64,000 bases of DNA, from contig NW_013657671.1 of the NCBI RefSeq assembly GCF_000142905.1, positions 62,001-126,000 on the forward strand, written 5' to 3'. The position numbers and the translations under genes were made by a program. The notes beneath the pieces were generated by a model, which was given only the letters and a program-made list of their open reading frames with translations, was not told where the DNA came from and did not search any database. The DNA is from Thecamonas trahens ATCC 50062 (lineage: Eukaryota > Protista > Apusomonadida). Of the stretch, positions 32,949-43,512 are shown piece after piece. Position 1 is the first letter of the stretch, and every line of letters starts with the position of its first letter.

Positions 32949-34013
32949 ATGGCTGAGGACCGCCTCGCTCGGCTGGAGCACCTGTTTGCTCACAAGTGGC
33001 TCTCCGACGGCGAGTACGCCCTGCTTCGCGCCGCCATGACCAAGTCGCCGCCTGAGGAGCGGCCCGAGGCCACCATGAGCGAGCGGTACGGAGTGGCTGC
33101 TGCAGAGCTGGAGAACGTCTCGTTTGCCCTCAATGACGCCGCAAAGTCCAAGCTCGCCAAGCCAAAGAAGAGCCACCGCGGCCCGCAGCGCTGCTCGCTC
33201 TGCCACAAGCTCCGCAAGCAGCACAAGTGCACCGGCGTTCCCTGTCCGGATGCATCCGTCTGCGGCGTCACGCGCCTGCACAGCTCGGGCTGCGAGACTG
33301 CCGCCGCTCCGGCCGCGCGCTCCAGCCGCCCGTCCAAGCGCTCGACATCGGCGTCGGCGTCGTCGTCGGCGTCAGCGTCGGCGTCAGCGTCGGTCTCCAA
33401 GCCGCCCCCAGCCACGGCAATGGCGTTCAAGGCCCTGCCGGCCACAGAAGCTCTGCCGTCCGTCAATCCGCTTCCACCTGTGAAGGCTCTGCCGTCGCCC
33501 AGGGACCTACCGCCGACGCCGGCCGCGCAGCCGGACATTGTGTTCCAGCTGGCGGCGTATGGCATCGACCTCGACGACACCACCGCCGCCCTCGAGCTCC
33601 CCTCCCCACAGCTGGCCGCCAAGTCGGCTTTCTGCTCCTTCCCCGCGCTCTCATCGCTCTCGAGCGACCTCCTCGATCTTGAGCCCAAGAGCGTGTCCAT
33701 TGCAGCGCCGGCACCGGCCGCGCGCGCTCTCAAGCCCGACCTCGACCTCTCCGAGCGCATGTCGGCCATCGAGGCGACAGTCACTCAGTTTGCTTCGCAA
33801 ATCGTCGTCCCCTGCCCGGTCGTCCATGCTGGCAACCACGCCGTCGCCACCTCGGCCCTTGCCGTCGACAACTCGCTCTTTGTCGCCCTCGACTCGGGTG
33901 AGGTCGTCTCCATCTTTGTCGTCAACTTTGTGCCGGGCCCGGCCGCTGACGCCAACGCCAAGGTTGTCCACACCTACAGGAACTGGGTCTTTGACCTGCG
34001 CCGCGCCGTCTAG
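32949..34013 (+). CDS. Hypothetical protein with a SHOCT-like N-terminus and a Cys/His zinc-binding motif
   Basis: RLARLEHLFAHKWLSDGEYALLRAAM; RCSLCHKLRKQHKCTGVPCPDASVCGVTRLH. Confidence 0.6.
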   Translation: MAEDRLARLEHLFAHKWLSDGEYALLRAAMTKSPPEERPEATMSERYGVAAAELENVSFALNDAAKSKLAKPKKSHRGPQRCSLCHKLRKQHKCTGVPCPDASVCGVTRLHSSGCETAAAPAARSSRPSKRSTSASASSSASASASASVSKPPPATAMAFKALPATEALPSVNPLPPVKALPSPRDLPPTPAAQPDIVFQLAAYGIDLDDTTAALELPSPQLAAKSAFCSFPALSSLSSDLLDLEPKSVSIAAPAPAARALKPDLDLSERMSAIEATVTQFASQIVVPCPVVHAGNHAVATSALAVDNSLFVALDSGEVVSIFVVNFVPGPAADANAKVVHTYRNWVFDLRRAV

Positions 34014-34937
34014 CGCATGCTTGCGTTGTCTGCCCCATAAATGCCCCCCTCCCCTAACCATCACCTGCTTGCCAGCCACCACCTCCTCGTCCTCGCCTGT
34101 ACCGTCCTCCCCTGCCTGTTGGCCCGCTCTGACCTGCTCAATCTGCGCCATGATCTTTCCTCTACACCTTGACGCAACCTCCGCATCCCTGTCCTCATCA
34201 TCGCGCATGTACTCAGACGCTCGACAACATGCCTTTTGTTGACGTTTTGGGCCGTTCGCCATTGACCAGCCAGCCAACAGGGCGAACGAGCAGTTTGAAA
34301 AGTGGATGACGGAACGACAGTCGAAAAGCCCATCGGTGACGACGTCGTGGAACGGGTCATTCCCCTCTTGTTTTCCGACCACAACCATGTCCAGTACGTG
34401 AAGCCATGCCTTCCTCACCAACACTAGCATTACCTCTGTCCCTTTCACTTCCTGCATCTCCTCCTACCCCCCCCCCCCCCCCCTCCCTCCCCCTACGCTT
34501 CCCTATCTCTCCCTCCCCTCGACTGGATCGTCCCTTCCGTTTCGCTGAAAAACGTGCCCCGACCGCACCTTCATTCGCCACTTGGCCGCACACGCGCATG
34601 CGGCGAATTGGCACCTCGGTGTTCATGGCCCCCTTCCCCCCCCCCCCTCCACCGTCCCTCTTGCCACCGCGGCCGGGCACATCATCCCCCCCCCCCCACA
34701 ACAACAAACACACCGGACTGCCTCTTCTCCCCTTCCCAAACGCCTCGAGGCTGCCGGCACCGCCTCATGCTGCCACATTAGTGACGTGCAAAAAAGGGTC
34801 GTGAATGCGGCCAAGACCATCGACGAATCGCCACCTCCACCACCGCCGCCGCTATTATTGCCGCCACCCACCTCTGCCATTGAGGCACTTTCTCTAGCCA
34901 CCCCTCCCATCACACACACACTCACGCACGCCTGGTA

Positions 34938-36929
34938 ATGTCGGTGGCAGAAGCGGATTATTCGGTTATGCTTGTTGTGGCCCTCAGCCTCGCTGTCGCT
35001 CTCAGCCCTCTCGTCGACGCCCAGTGCACCGGCAGCCGCGCGCTTCGTGACCCTTCGGGCTGTCCCGACTACACCTGCAAGGTCAAGGGCTGCGCCTTTA
35101 GTTCAGCCGCTACTGGTGCCACCGACTGCGTGTACGCGAACAAGCCGTGCAACATCTGCAACCCGAACGCAGGCAAGAAGGCCGACTTTATGTTCATTGT
35201 CGATACCTCGGGCTCGATGCGAAACGAGATCGAGGGCGTTCGCAGCGGACTCAGTAACTTTGTCAACTACGCCAACACGCTAGGCGTCGACTCTCGCTTT
35301 GGGGTCATCATGTACGGCTCAAGCCTCGGCAACCACCAGCACTACATCCAGCCGCTGACCTCGAACGTGCAAGACGTGCTTGATGCACTCCAGTTCCTCG
35401 CCGACAACGTCGGCGGTGGCTGGGAGCCGTTCCTGGAGGGCATGCGCATCGCCATGAACACTGCGCCGGACCTCACCAAGTACCTCAACACCATGCCCAC
35501 CCCCGCCAACAAGGTCCTCTCCACCGCACCGGTCCAGTGGCGGGCAGACGCCACCAAGAACCTCATCGTTCTCACCGATGAGGACTCGGACCGGCCGTAT
35601 GAAACTCCGAATCGCTACAACAGCATGCCCAGTACCGACGCATCGTGCTCCACCTCTGGTGCGAATGACGGCTTTACCGCGAGCGGCTTCCCTCTCGAGC
35701 GCGACGCCGTCGTCGCCGACGCCATTGCCAACGACTTCCGCACCTACTTTATGGTTCAGCCGGGCGCAACCTGTACCGACTACCAGTCTGGCGTGATTGG
35801 TGCGCAGGTCCAGTGGGACGACTTCAGCCACTTCTCCGCCGACCTCACCCTCCAGGAGTACCGCAAACTCGCAGCGCCTCTCCAGAACTCGTTCCAGGCC
35901 CAGATGCTGCGCGCCGGCAAGATCTCGCGCGTCTACAACGTGCTCGACGTTGACGAGCCCTCGTTTGTGAACAACTTCTTCACCTCACTCCTCGACGACA
36001 CCACCCTGTGCGACAAGTGCAAGTCGTCGGTCTGCGTCGACGACACCTGTGTCGACGCCGACCTCTGCGTCGACAACGATCCGTGCACGACCGACACGTG
36101 CGACGCCACGGGCGCCGACGCCCGCTGCATCTTCACCCCGATCAGCTGCGGCTCCAAGCCCGGCGACCCGTGCACCAACCTGCTTTGTGATCCGGCGACC
36201 GGCTCGTGCAGCATCGAGGTGCCGTTTGTGTGCAACGAGGTGCCGTCGGACGTGTGCTTCGAGTACCAGTGCCAGGCCAACTCGGCCGATCCGCCTCAGC
36301 CCGAGTGCGTCGTCGTCGACCGTGTCTGCCAGGTCCAGTCCGACCCGACCAACGAGTGCCTCGAGGCGACGTGCCACAAGCGCGTCGGATGCATCGAGGG
36401 CCCGACGGCCAACAAGACCAAGACGCAGTGCTTCAAGCCCGAGGGCTGCGATCCTCCGTGCGGCCCCAACGGCGGGTGCTCGCTCGAGGGCTCGTGCGTC
36501 TGCACCGACGGGTGGTCCGGCCCGCAGTGCTACATTCCGCCGTGCAACGCAACGTGCGGCGGCAATGGGACGTGTGTTGTCCGCATCGACGCGGACTGCG
36601 ACGTGTCCGGCCTGCCCAACAAGGACATTCCTGGCGAGTGCTTTGTGTCGCGGTGCCAGTGCAACCCCGGGTACGTCCCGCCGTTCTGCACGCTCCCGGC
36701 TCGCGCTCCGGCCCCTCAGATTCTCAACGAGACGACGATTGCCATCGGCGCCACCGTCGCCGTTCTAGCCATTGTCGCTGCCATTGTCCTCGCTTTTATT
36801 CTCTGGCGAGTCAAGAAGCTGGCCAACGAGGTCGCCGAGCTCGACGCCTTTGCCAACGCCGAGTCCATCGGGGACAACCCGCTGTACTCGGAGGCCAACG
36901 GCTGGAAGGCGAACGCCATCCACGAGTAA
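34938..36929 (+). CDS. Type I membrane receptor: signal peptide, vWA (MIDAS), Cys-rich/EGF repeats, TM, integrin-beta-like tail
   Basis: Signal peptide, DFMFIVDTSGSM (DxSxS), WRADATKNLIVLTDE, CVDNDPCTTDTCD repeats, EGF CVCTDGWSGPQC, TM helix, tail GDNPLY. Confidence 0.85.
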   Translation: MSVAEADYSVMLVVALSLAVALSPLVDAQCTGSRALRDPSGCPDYTCKVKGCAFSSAATGATDCVYANKPCNICNPNAGKKADFMFIVDTSGSMRNEIEGVRSGLSNFVNYANTLGVDSRFGVIMYGSSLGNHQHYIQPLTSNVQDVLDALQFLADNVGGGWEPFLEGMRIAMNTAPDLTKYLNTMPTPANKVLSTAPVQWRADATKNLIVLTDEDSDRPYETPNRYNSMPSTDASCSTSGANDGFTASGFPLERDAVVADAIANDFRTYFMVQPGATCTDYQSGVIGAQVQWDDFSHFSADLTLQEYRKLAAPLQNSFQAQMLRAGKISRVYNVLDVDEPSFVNNFFTSLLDDTTLCDKCKSSVCVDDTCVDADLCVDNDPCTTDTCDATGADARCIFTPISCGSKPGDPCTNLLCDPATGSCSIEVPFVCNEVPSDVCFEYQCQANSADPPQPECVVVDRVCQVQSDPTNECLEATCHKRVGCIEGPTANKTKTQCFKPEGCDPPCGPNGGCSLEGSCVCTDGWSGPQCYIPPCNATCGGNGTCVVRIDADCDVSGLPNKDIPGECFVSRCQCNPGYVPPFCTLPARAPAPQILNETTIAIGATVAVLAIVAAIVLAFILWRVKKLANEVAELDAFANAESIGDNPLYSEANGWKANAIHE

Positions 36930-37112
36930 CTGCTTCTGTTCCTTGCTCTCTAGCGCGGGGACCCGTCCGGCCAAACGTCATCCCCCTTTCCCCCATTTTG
37001 CCCCAACAAAAAGCCACCCAACCCACTACCCCAGACTTCTGCGTATGTTCCGTGTTTGATGTTAGGGGGGTTTGTTTGTGCAAGGCGACCCAGCTGACGC
37101 GAGCGCGTTTTC

Positions 37113-40100
37113 TCACTTTTGGAGAATAATCTTCTCCTTGACCAGGTCAGCCAGCTCCTGGAGGCCGGACTGGCGGGTCTTGTTTGCGCGGCCGAGGATG
37201 ACCCAATCGCCTGACGCAGCGTCCTTGTACAGCTCGGCCACGATGAGGCCGTTGAACTTGTCGCGGTCGCCCTCAGGCAGGGTGAGGTCCATGCGCATGA
37301 GCTCGTGCGGGGCGTCGGCGCCGCGCGAGACGTCCGACATGCGGACAAAGCACGAGTCGACCTTGTCGAAGGTCCCGTCGTAGGCCGAGACAACAAAGAC
37401 GCACCGCGCCCACTTCTTGGGCATGGCCGCAAGGTTGAACACAATCCGCTCGTCCTCCTCGTGCTCCGACGCACCGGCGCGCTCGTCACCCGAGTGCACG
37501 ATCACGGTCGCCTTGCCGCTCTCGTCGACAGGCACCGACTCACGCGCCTCCTCCGGCACCGACTCGACCTTGATCTTACCCTCGATGTTGTTGTGGTAGA
37601 CGGCCTGCACCAGCTTGCCCTTCTTGTCAAAGACAAGGACCGACGCGTCAAGGTCGACTGCCGAGTCTGGCGCCTCCCATCCAAGGCCAAACACGACCTT
37701 GTTTGCGCCGGCCACAGAGAGCCAGTCACCGGGCGTCATGTGGACCGAGTCCGGCATCGGCGGCTCGCCCTTGACGTGCGACGAGAGGAGCGGGAGCACA
37801 GCCTGCTGGTCGACGCCCGACGCCGTGACGCCGGCAGCCTCCAGCACCCACTTGCCCTCGGGCGATCGCGACAGCAGGCAGACAGCCACCGCCGAGTAGT
37901 CGTTGCCCTCGCGGAGCTTGAGCTTGAACTTGCTCAGCTCAAGCCCGTCGTCGGGCGAGCCGGGCTCGCCGTTGGCAATCAGCCGCGCGTACATCGACTT
38001 GATGAGCCCAAACGAGGCCCGCCCGTACGCAGAGAGTACAAAGACCAGCGAGGCGACATCCTCCGGCACCGCGGCCAGATTGATCGCCACGTCCTCGTCA
38101 TCGCCGTCACCCTCACCCGTCTGGTTGTCGCCGCCGTGCACGACCGCACCGCCGGCGCCCGTCGGCGTGTCGTACCCGACCGTCTCCAGGTGCTCGCCCT
38201 CGGCATTGAACACCATGCAGTGCAGGTCAAGGTCGACGGCCTCGCCCGAGCGCGAGACCCAGCCGACGCCGAGCGTCACGTTGTCGGTCCCTCAAACTCG
38301 AGGCAGTCGCCCTTGCGGAGCTTGAGCGACTGCGGCTTGCCTACGTTGGCGTCGAGCGCGCCGACCACCGCGTCGTGCTCGGTCGCGCTCGCAGGCTGCC
38401 CGAGTGCCTTGATCTTCCACCCCGCGCCCGACCGGAAGACCGAGCCCATGACCGTCGCCGTGTGGTCGCCGGCCCCGTCGTGCTCAATGAGCGCAAACGG
38501 CGGCGCGCCCGACTCGCCCTCGTCCGACAGCGCCATAAAGCATGACTTGATGTTCTTGAACGAGATTTGGTACGCCGTGATGACAAAGACCATGGCCTGC
38601 ACAGACGGCGAGACCTTGGTCAGGTCCACCACAATCGACTCGTTCTCGCCCTCAGACTTGCCGTTCGGGTCGTCGCCAGAGTGCACCAGCGCCCCGTCAG
38701 CAGACTCCTTGTTCTTGTAGTCAACAACGCCCACGAGCTTGCCCTGCTCCGAGAGGAGGAGCGCCACAAGGTCGAGGTCTGCGCCCTTCTTCAGCAGGCC
38801 GAGCAGCTTCTTGCCCGCGTTCCAGCCCACGCCCACGCGGAGGAGGTCGGCCGCGTTGATGGCCGCAACCTGGCCCGCCGCAAGCTCGGTCGTCCGCCGC
38901 GCCGCAGCCTCCAGCGCAGCCTGCTCGGCCACAAACTTCTTGACAAGCTCCTTCTGCTTGGCCGCCGTCGCCGGCCGGTTGATGGCGTTGGCAATCCAGT
39001 TGCCGGCGTCGCCTGACTCGCGCGTAAACCAGAGGAAGACAAACCCGTTGTGCGTTCCGTCCATCGTCGCGGCCTGCGTCCGGAACAGAAGCGGGCCCGA
39101 GCCCGACTCGCCCTCGGACACCGCCACGCTCCCGGTCCCAGCACCAGTCATCGAGCTCTTCTTGGCAAACTTGGTCGTCGCCACCACAAGCACCTGCGTG
39201 ACCTTGGGTGGGAGCGCCGCAAAGTCGACCATGACCGACGCGTTGGCCGCCGCCGACGGGTCCGTTGACTTGAGATCCGTCGACACCACAATCGACCCGT
39301 CCTTGGCCGCAGTCTTGTCGTGGTCGATCTTCTTGTCGATCGAGCCCTTGGCGTCAAGGGTGTAGCAGCCCGGCGCGAGCGCCTCGGGCGCCGTCGCCTC
39401 GGGCCACGAGAACCCAATCGTCACCTTCTGCGGCGCGAGCATCCGCGCCACGCCGTCGGTCTCGAGAGTAAGGACCTGCGACTCGACGTCGGCAAGGAAT
39501 GCCTCGACCGCACCGGCGAGCTCGGCCTCGGAGCCCAGTGCCTGTGTCTGCGCGCCGAGCGCCGAGACAGACCACGACCCGGCGTGCGCCGAGTCGCGCG
39601 CCATCTTCAGCAGCAGCACGCCCTGGTGGCTCCCCGACGACGACGTCGAGTAGCGGCCCATCTCCTGCACAATACCGCCCTCCACGTCCGAGATGCGGGC
39701 GCGGACAGAGTCGACCTGCGAGAAGCCGTGTGCGTCAAAGTGCGCCACGCCAAACACAATCGAGTGCACGCTTGCGTCAACCTCGGGGAACTTGACGTAG
39801 TGTCCGGCTGCGTCGTTCTGGTCGTACGGCGACTCGCCGTGGAAGACCACAGCCCCGTCGGCAGACGCCGGCGCCGTCTCGGACACCACCGCCGTCACCG
39901 CGCCCGCTGCGTCGACAAGCGCCGCAAACGGGAAGAGGTGGAAGCCAATGTCGGCCATCGACTGCGTCAGCGCCGCAGACGTGTTCCACGTCATGCCCAC
40001 AAACGTCTCAGACGGCGGCGCGAGCGAGCCAATGTCACCCGGCGCAAGCTCCACGCCGATCTTCTCGCGCTGCAGCGACGACGCCACGTCGGCGTTGCGG

Positions 40101-41961
40101 AGCGCAGCAACCGGCTTGGCAATGACAGTGAACGACCACCGTGGCGAGTTGGGCACGCGCGCAAGCGTCGCCACCATCAGCGCCTTTTCGGTCGTGTTGA
40201 GGTTCATGTCGTGGCGAGCAATCTCGTACGGCTCGTCGCCGCCGTCGTCCACAAGCCGCACAAACGCAGACTTGGCGTCCGACAGCGCGCCGCCGTAGTT
40301 GGCCACCACAAACAGAATCGACTCGACATCAATGCCCACACCAGGCAGGTTGACGCTCACAACCTCGTCGTCACCGTCGCGCGAGCCGGTCTTGTCGTCG
40401 CCAGAGTGCGTCACCTTGCCGTCGGACGAGACCATGTTTGAAAAGTCGACCTCCTCCACAATGAACCCGTCGCCGCTCAGCAGCAGCGCCTTGAGGTCAA
40501 AGTCGGCCTTCTTGCCCTTGGTCTGCCAGCCCATGGCAACCTTGACCGCCCGAGGATCAACCGTTACCGAGTCCTTCACCGCCAGCGCAATCGCGTCCGG
40601 CGCCTTGGCCTTGGCCTTCATCTTGTCCTTGAGTGCCTTGGCAAGCGTCTTCGAGTCCTTCACCTCGCGCTCCACAATCGGCTCGCCCGCCGCGCCAAAC
40701 GCCCATCCGCCCGACGAGTGCCGCGCAAGCGTAGCCATCAGCAGCGCGTTGTACTCGCCCGCAGGAGGCCCGTCGAGCGTAAACCGCGCAAGCTCGCGCG
40801 GCGCAGTCGGCGTCGACACGTTGACAAGCCGGATGTAGAACGACTGGACCTTGTTCCAGTTCTTGGCGTCGCCGTATGCCGTGATCGGGAACGTGAGCAC
40901 AGAGATCTTCTCAGACACTTCGTCGAGCGACACAACAATGTGCTCGTCGTCGCCGGAGCCCGTGCCCTGCCGGTTGTCGCCGCCGTGCTGCACAGACCCG
41001 TTCTCAGAGCTGAGGTTCGAGTAGTTGACAAGCTCCACCGCCTTCGGCTTCTTGTCCATCAGCACCGAGTAGAGGTCAAGATCCACGTCACCCTCGGTAT
41101 CCCACCCAACAGCGACCATGACCTTGCTCGGGCCCTCGAAAATGATCGTCGATCCCTGCTCAAGAGCCGCAGGCTTGGGCTTCTTGTCCGCAACGCTCTT
41201 CTCCACAATAGGGAGCAGCGCAGCAATGTCCGCCGTATCGGCAGCCTCGCCGAGCGCCGAGAACTTGAACATCCCGTTCTCGCGGAAGAGCCGCGCCATC
41301 AGCACAACGCGCACACCGTCCTCACCCTTGACCTCGTACGCACCGACTGCCTCCTGGCCCTCGCCGCGCCCGACATGCAGCCGCGCCGTCAGCTTGCTCA
41401 CCGACGCAAACGAGGCCGAGCCAAACGCCGCGATGAGGAACACGATCGAGTCGACGCCCTCGGGCAGCGTGTTGACGTTGACGGACACCGACTCGTCGTC
41501 GCCCTCGCCGGCGCCGCTCCGGTTGTCGCCAGAGTGCACAACAGCTCCGTCCGCCGCGGTCAGGTTCGAGTAATCAACCACTCCCATGTTCTTGTCGTTC
41601 TCATCGAGAAGCACGGCCTTGAGATCGAGATCAACAGACGTCTCGCTCTCCCATCCTGCTCCGATCGTGAGCTGTACCGCATGCCAAGCGCCAAACATCT
41701 CGACCGTGAGTCTTCCACGTTGAACACACATAGGCAGCCCCAGCCCGCACCAGAACAATCACGTTGGCCACCTTGTAGGTGACGAGGCGGGGCGACCGGA
41801 AAAAAAAATACATGCCACGCAACCGGTCACCCGCAGTCAGCGATCTCCGCCGCATTCGGCCAGGGGTTGAATGTGGCCCGAGGGCAAGCGCAAGGTGCAG
41901 AGCGGCAAACGTGCTGTTAGCGTTATAACAAAATACCCCGTTCCGTGGCGCACACGCTCAT
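37113..41961 (-). CDS. Giant protein of eight tandem TerD (tellurite/stress-response) domains; probable micro-exon 41956-41961, main exon from 41671, frame break at ~38289-38291
   Basis: The motif G.GW..DLDL...H(S/G)GD(N/D).G.G.GDDE...L..(V/L)P....VF...Y appears 6 times clearly and twice in degenerate form across ORFs 38276..41758 and 37113..38279. Branch point GACTCAC (41706-41712) and acceptor CAG (41672-41674). The candidate first exon ATG AGC|gtgtgc is uncertain. Confidence 0.85.
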
Positions 41962-42565
41962 GTGTGTGGTGGGCAGTGGCATTCATTGTACCCTTTGCTG
42001 GGGCGAGGGGGATGTCGGTGGGGGTGGCAAACGAAAGCCGACAGGGAACAAACGTCATTCGAGCCGCAGGTCAAGCTGAGGTAGCCACTGTGCGGGAGCA
42101 AAAGGGGCGGGGGAAGAGGGGGGGGGGGGGGGGGGGGGGGGAGGAGGCTATTCACTGCAGCCGACTGACAATACGTACCCACTCGTATGAACCAAGTTCG
42201 CCAGCAAGAGCGAGGGTCTGCCCACGCTTGATGATAGTCTGAGTGTCGGCCATCACTGATAGAGCTGGAGGCAAGTATGGCCCTTTTCGACCTTGATCGG
42301 CTACGTTGCCGCGGTCTCGACCACTTCCTTTGCAACCAGCCGTATGTTGTTCGTTCGTTTCGTTCCTTATATATTTGTTCGGTGTGTACTATTTCTCAGC
42401 TGCTCTGGCACCGACCAAGACCAGGCCAGGCGGTCCGCCCGGTATCTGCAAGGCCTGCACATTTGTAAGACTCCCGTATTGCACCGCAGATCGGTCACAA
42501 GCGGGCCTTGCCATGGCTATGATCGAGAAATTGGCTCAAGCCGGTTGGAGGCAGCGGGAGTCGGC

Positions 42566-43411
42566 CTACGACTCGGACTCTCCGTCACTCGCTTGATGGC
42601 CCCCCAGCAGCCGATCAAGGGCGGCGAGAACGCCGGCCGGAGTAGGCTCGCTCGCTGTAGCCACCGGCAAGCTGGGAAGATCAAGGGCGGCGATGGCAGC
42701 CGCGGTCGTCGGGCCGATGGCCACCAATACTACTTCTGTTCCATCAGAGCCGAGGCTGTGGACAACGGCTGCAGCGGCAGTCACACCGCGCGGCGAGAAG
42801 AACACAACAGCAAGCCGATCGCAGCCTGTCGTGTCGGCTGTGACGCTCGCCAGTGCATCTGCCGACGACACGGCATCGTACACCTCCACTGCAGCCACTC
42901 CCAGGCCCGCTTCTGCCAGGCCAGACTCGAGACTCGCACGCCGCTTCACCCCGCATAGATAGGCCAGCCGCGAGCCGGGGGCGACCGCACGAACAATGGC
43001 GGTCGCCAGCTTCGACGCCGTCCCAGCCGGAACCTCCTCGTCGCCTGCCGCGAGCGTCCACCCTGCTTCCGCTGCGGCGCTCCGTGTCGCGTAGCCGAGC
43101 GTCCACGCTGGCAGGCTCTGCTTCCACTTTGCGACTGCAGGCAGCGCGTCAGCGGCAGCGACCGCCGCCGCCGACGTCATGACCACCCCCACCACCGCTG
43201 TGGCCTGCGCCGCATGCACAGCCGCCGTCGCCGTCGCTTCATCCACTGGCTCGATGGCGAGCATGGGCGCAAAGACCAGATCGGCGCTCGGATACCTGCG
43301 GCTCAGCGCCGTTGCATATGGATCCGCCTCTGGTCTCGTCGCCGCCGTCGCTTGCTTGACCTTGGCCGACTTGGCCAGCACAATCCGAACTCGATGAGCC
43401 GACGCCGCCAT
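42566..43411 (-). CDS. UROS: Uroporphyrinogen-III synthase (HemD/UROS)
   Basis: DPY..L, PMLAIE, VVMTSAAAV, LGYAT, LAYLCG..RR..L..GL, EVYD, VFFSPRGV, VAIGPTTAAAI, SEPTPAG. Confidence 0.88.
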   Translation of the reverse strand: MAASAHRVRIVLAKSAKVKQATAATRPEADPYATALSRRYPSADLVFAPMLAIEPVDEATATAAVHAAQATAVVGVVMTSAAAVAAADALPAVAKWKQSLPAWTLGYATRSAAAEAGWTLAAGDEEVPAGTASKLATAIVRAVAPGSRLAYLCGVKRRASLESGLAEAGLGVAAVEVYDAVSSADALASVTADTTGCDRLAVVFFSPRGVTAAAAVVHSLGSDGTEVVLVAIGPTTAAAIAALDLPSLPVATASEPTPAGVLAALDRLLGGHQASDGESES

Positions 43412-43512
43412 GAGAGACGAGTCGGTGCCGTGCCGACCGCTCACGCTGCGCTTCGCTGAGGGACCAGCCGCATCGCGCCTTTATCATATCCGACGTCAGC
43501 CGTGTTCTCCAG

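Noticed and set aside
38276-38279. GTGA start/stop overlap resembling bacterial translational coupling of two ter genes
   Set aside because: The context is an intron-containing eukaryotic gene. The junction falls inside the repeat-7 leader (LRKGDCLEFEG/TDNVTLGVGW), so a 1-nt frame break explains it better.
34938-41961. vWA gene next to the TerD gene as a TerY/vWA-Ter operon remnant
   Set aside because: The vWA protein is an extracellular EGF-rich receptor on the opposite strand; the adjacency is probably coincidental.
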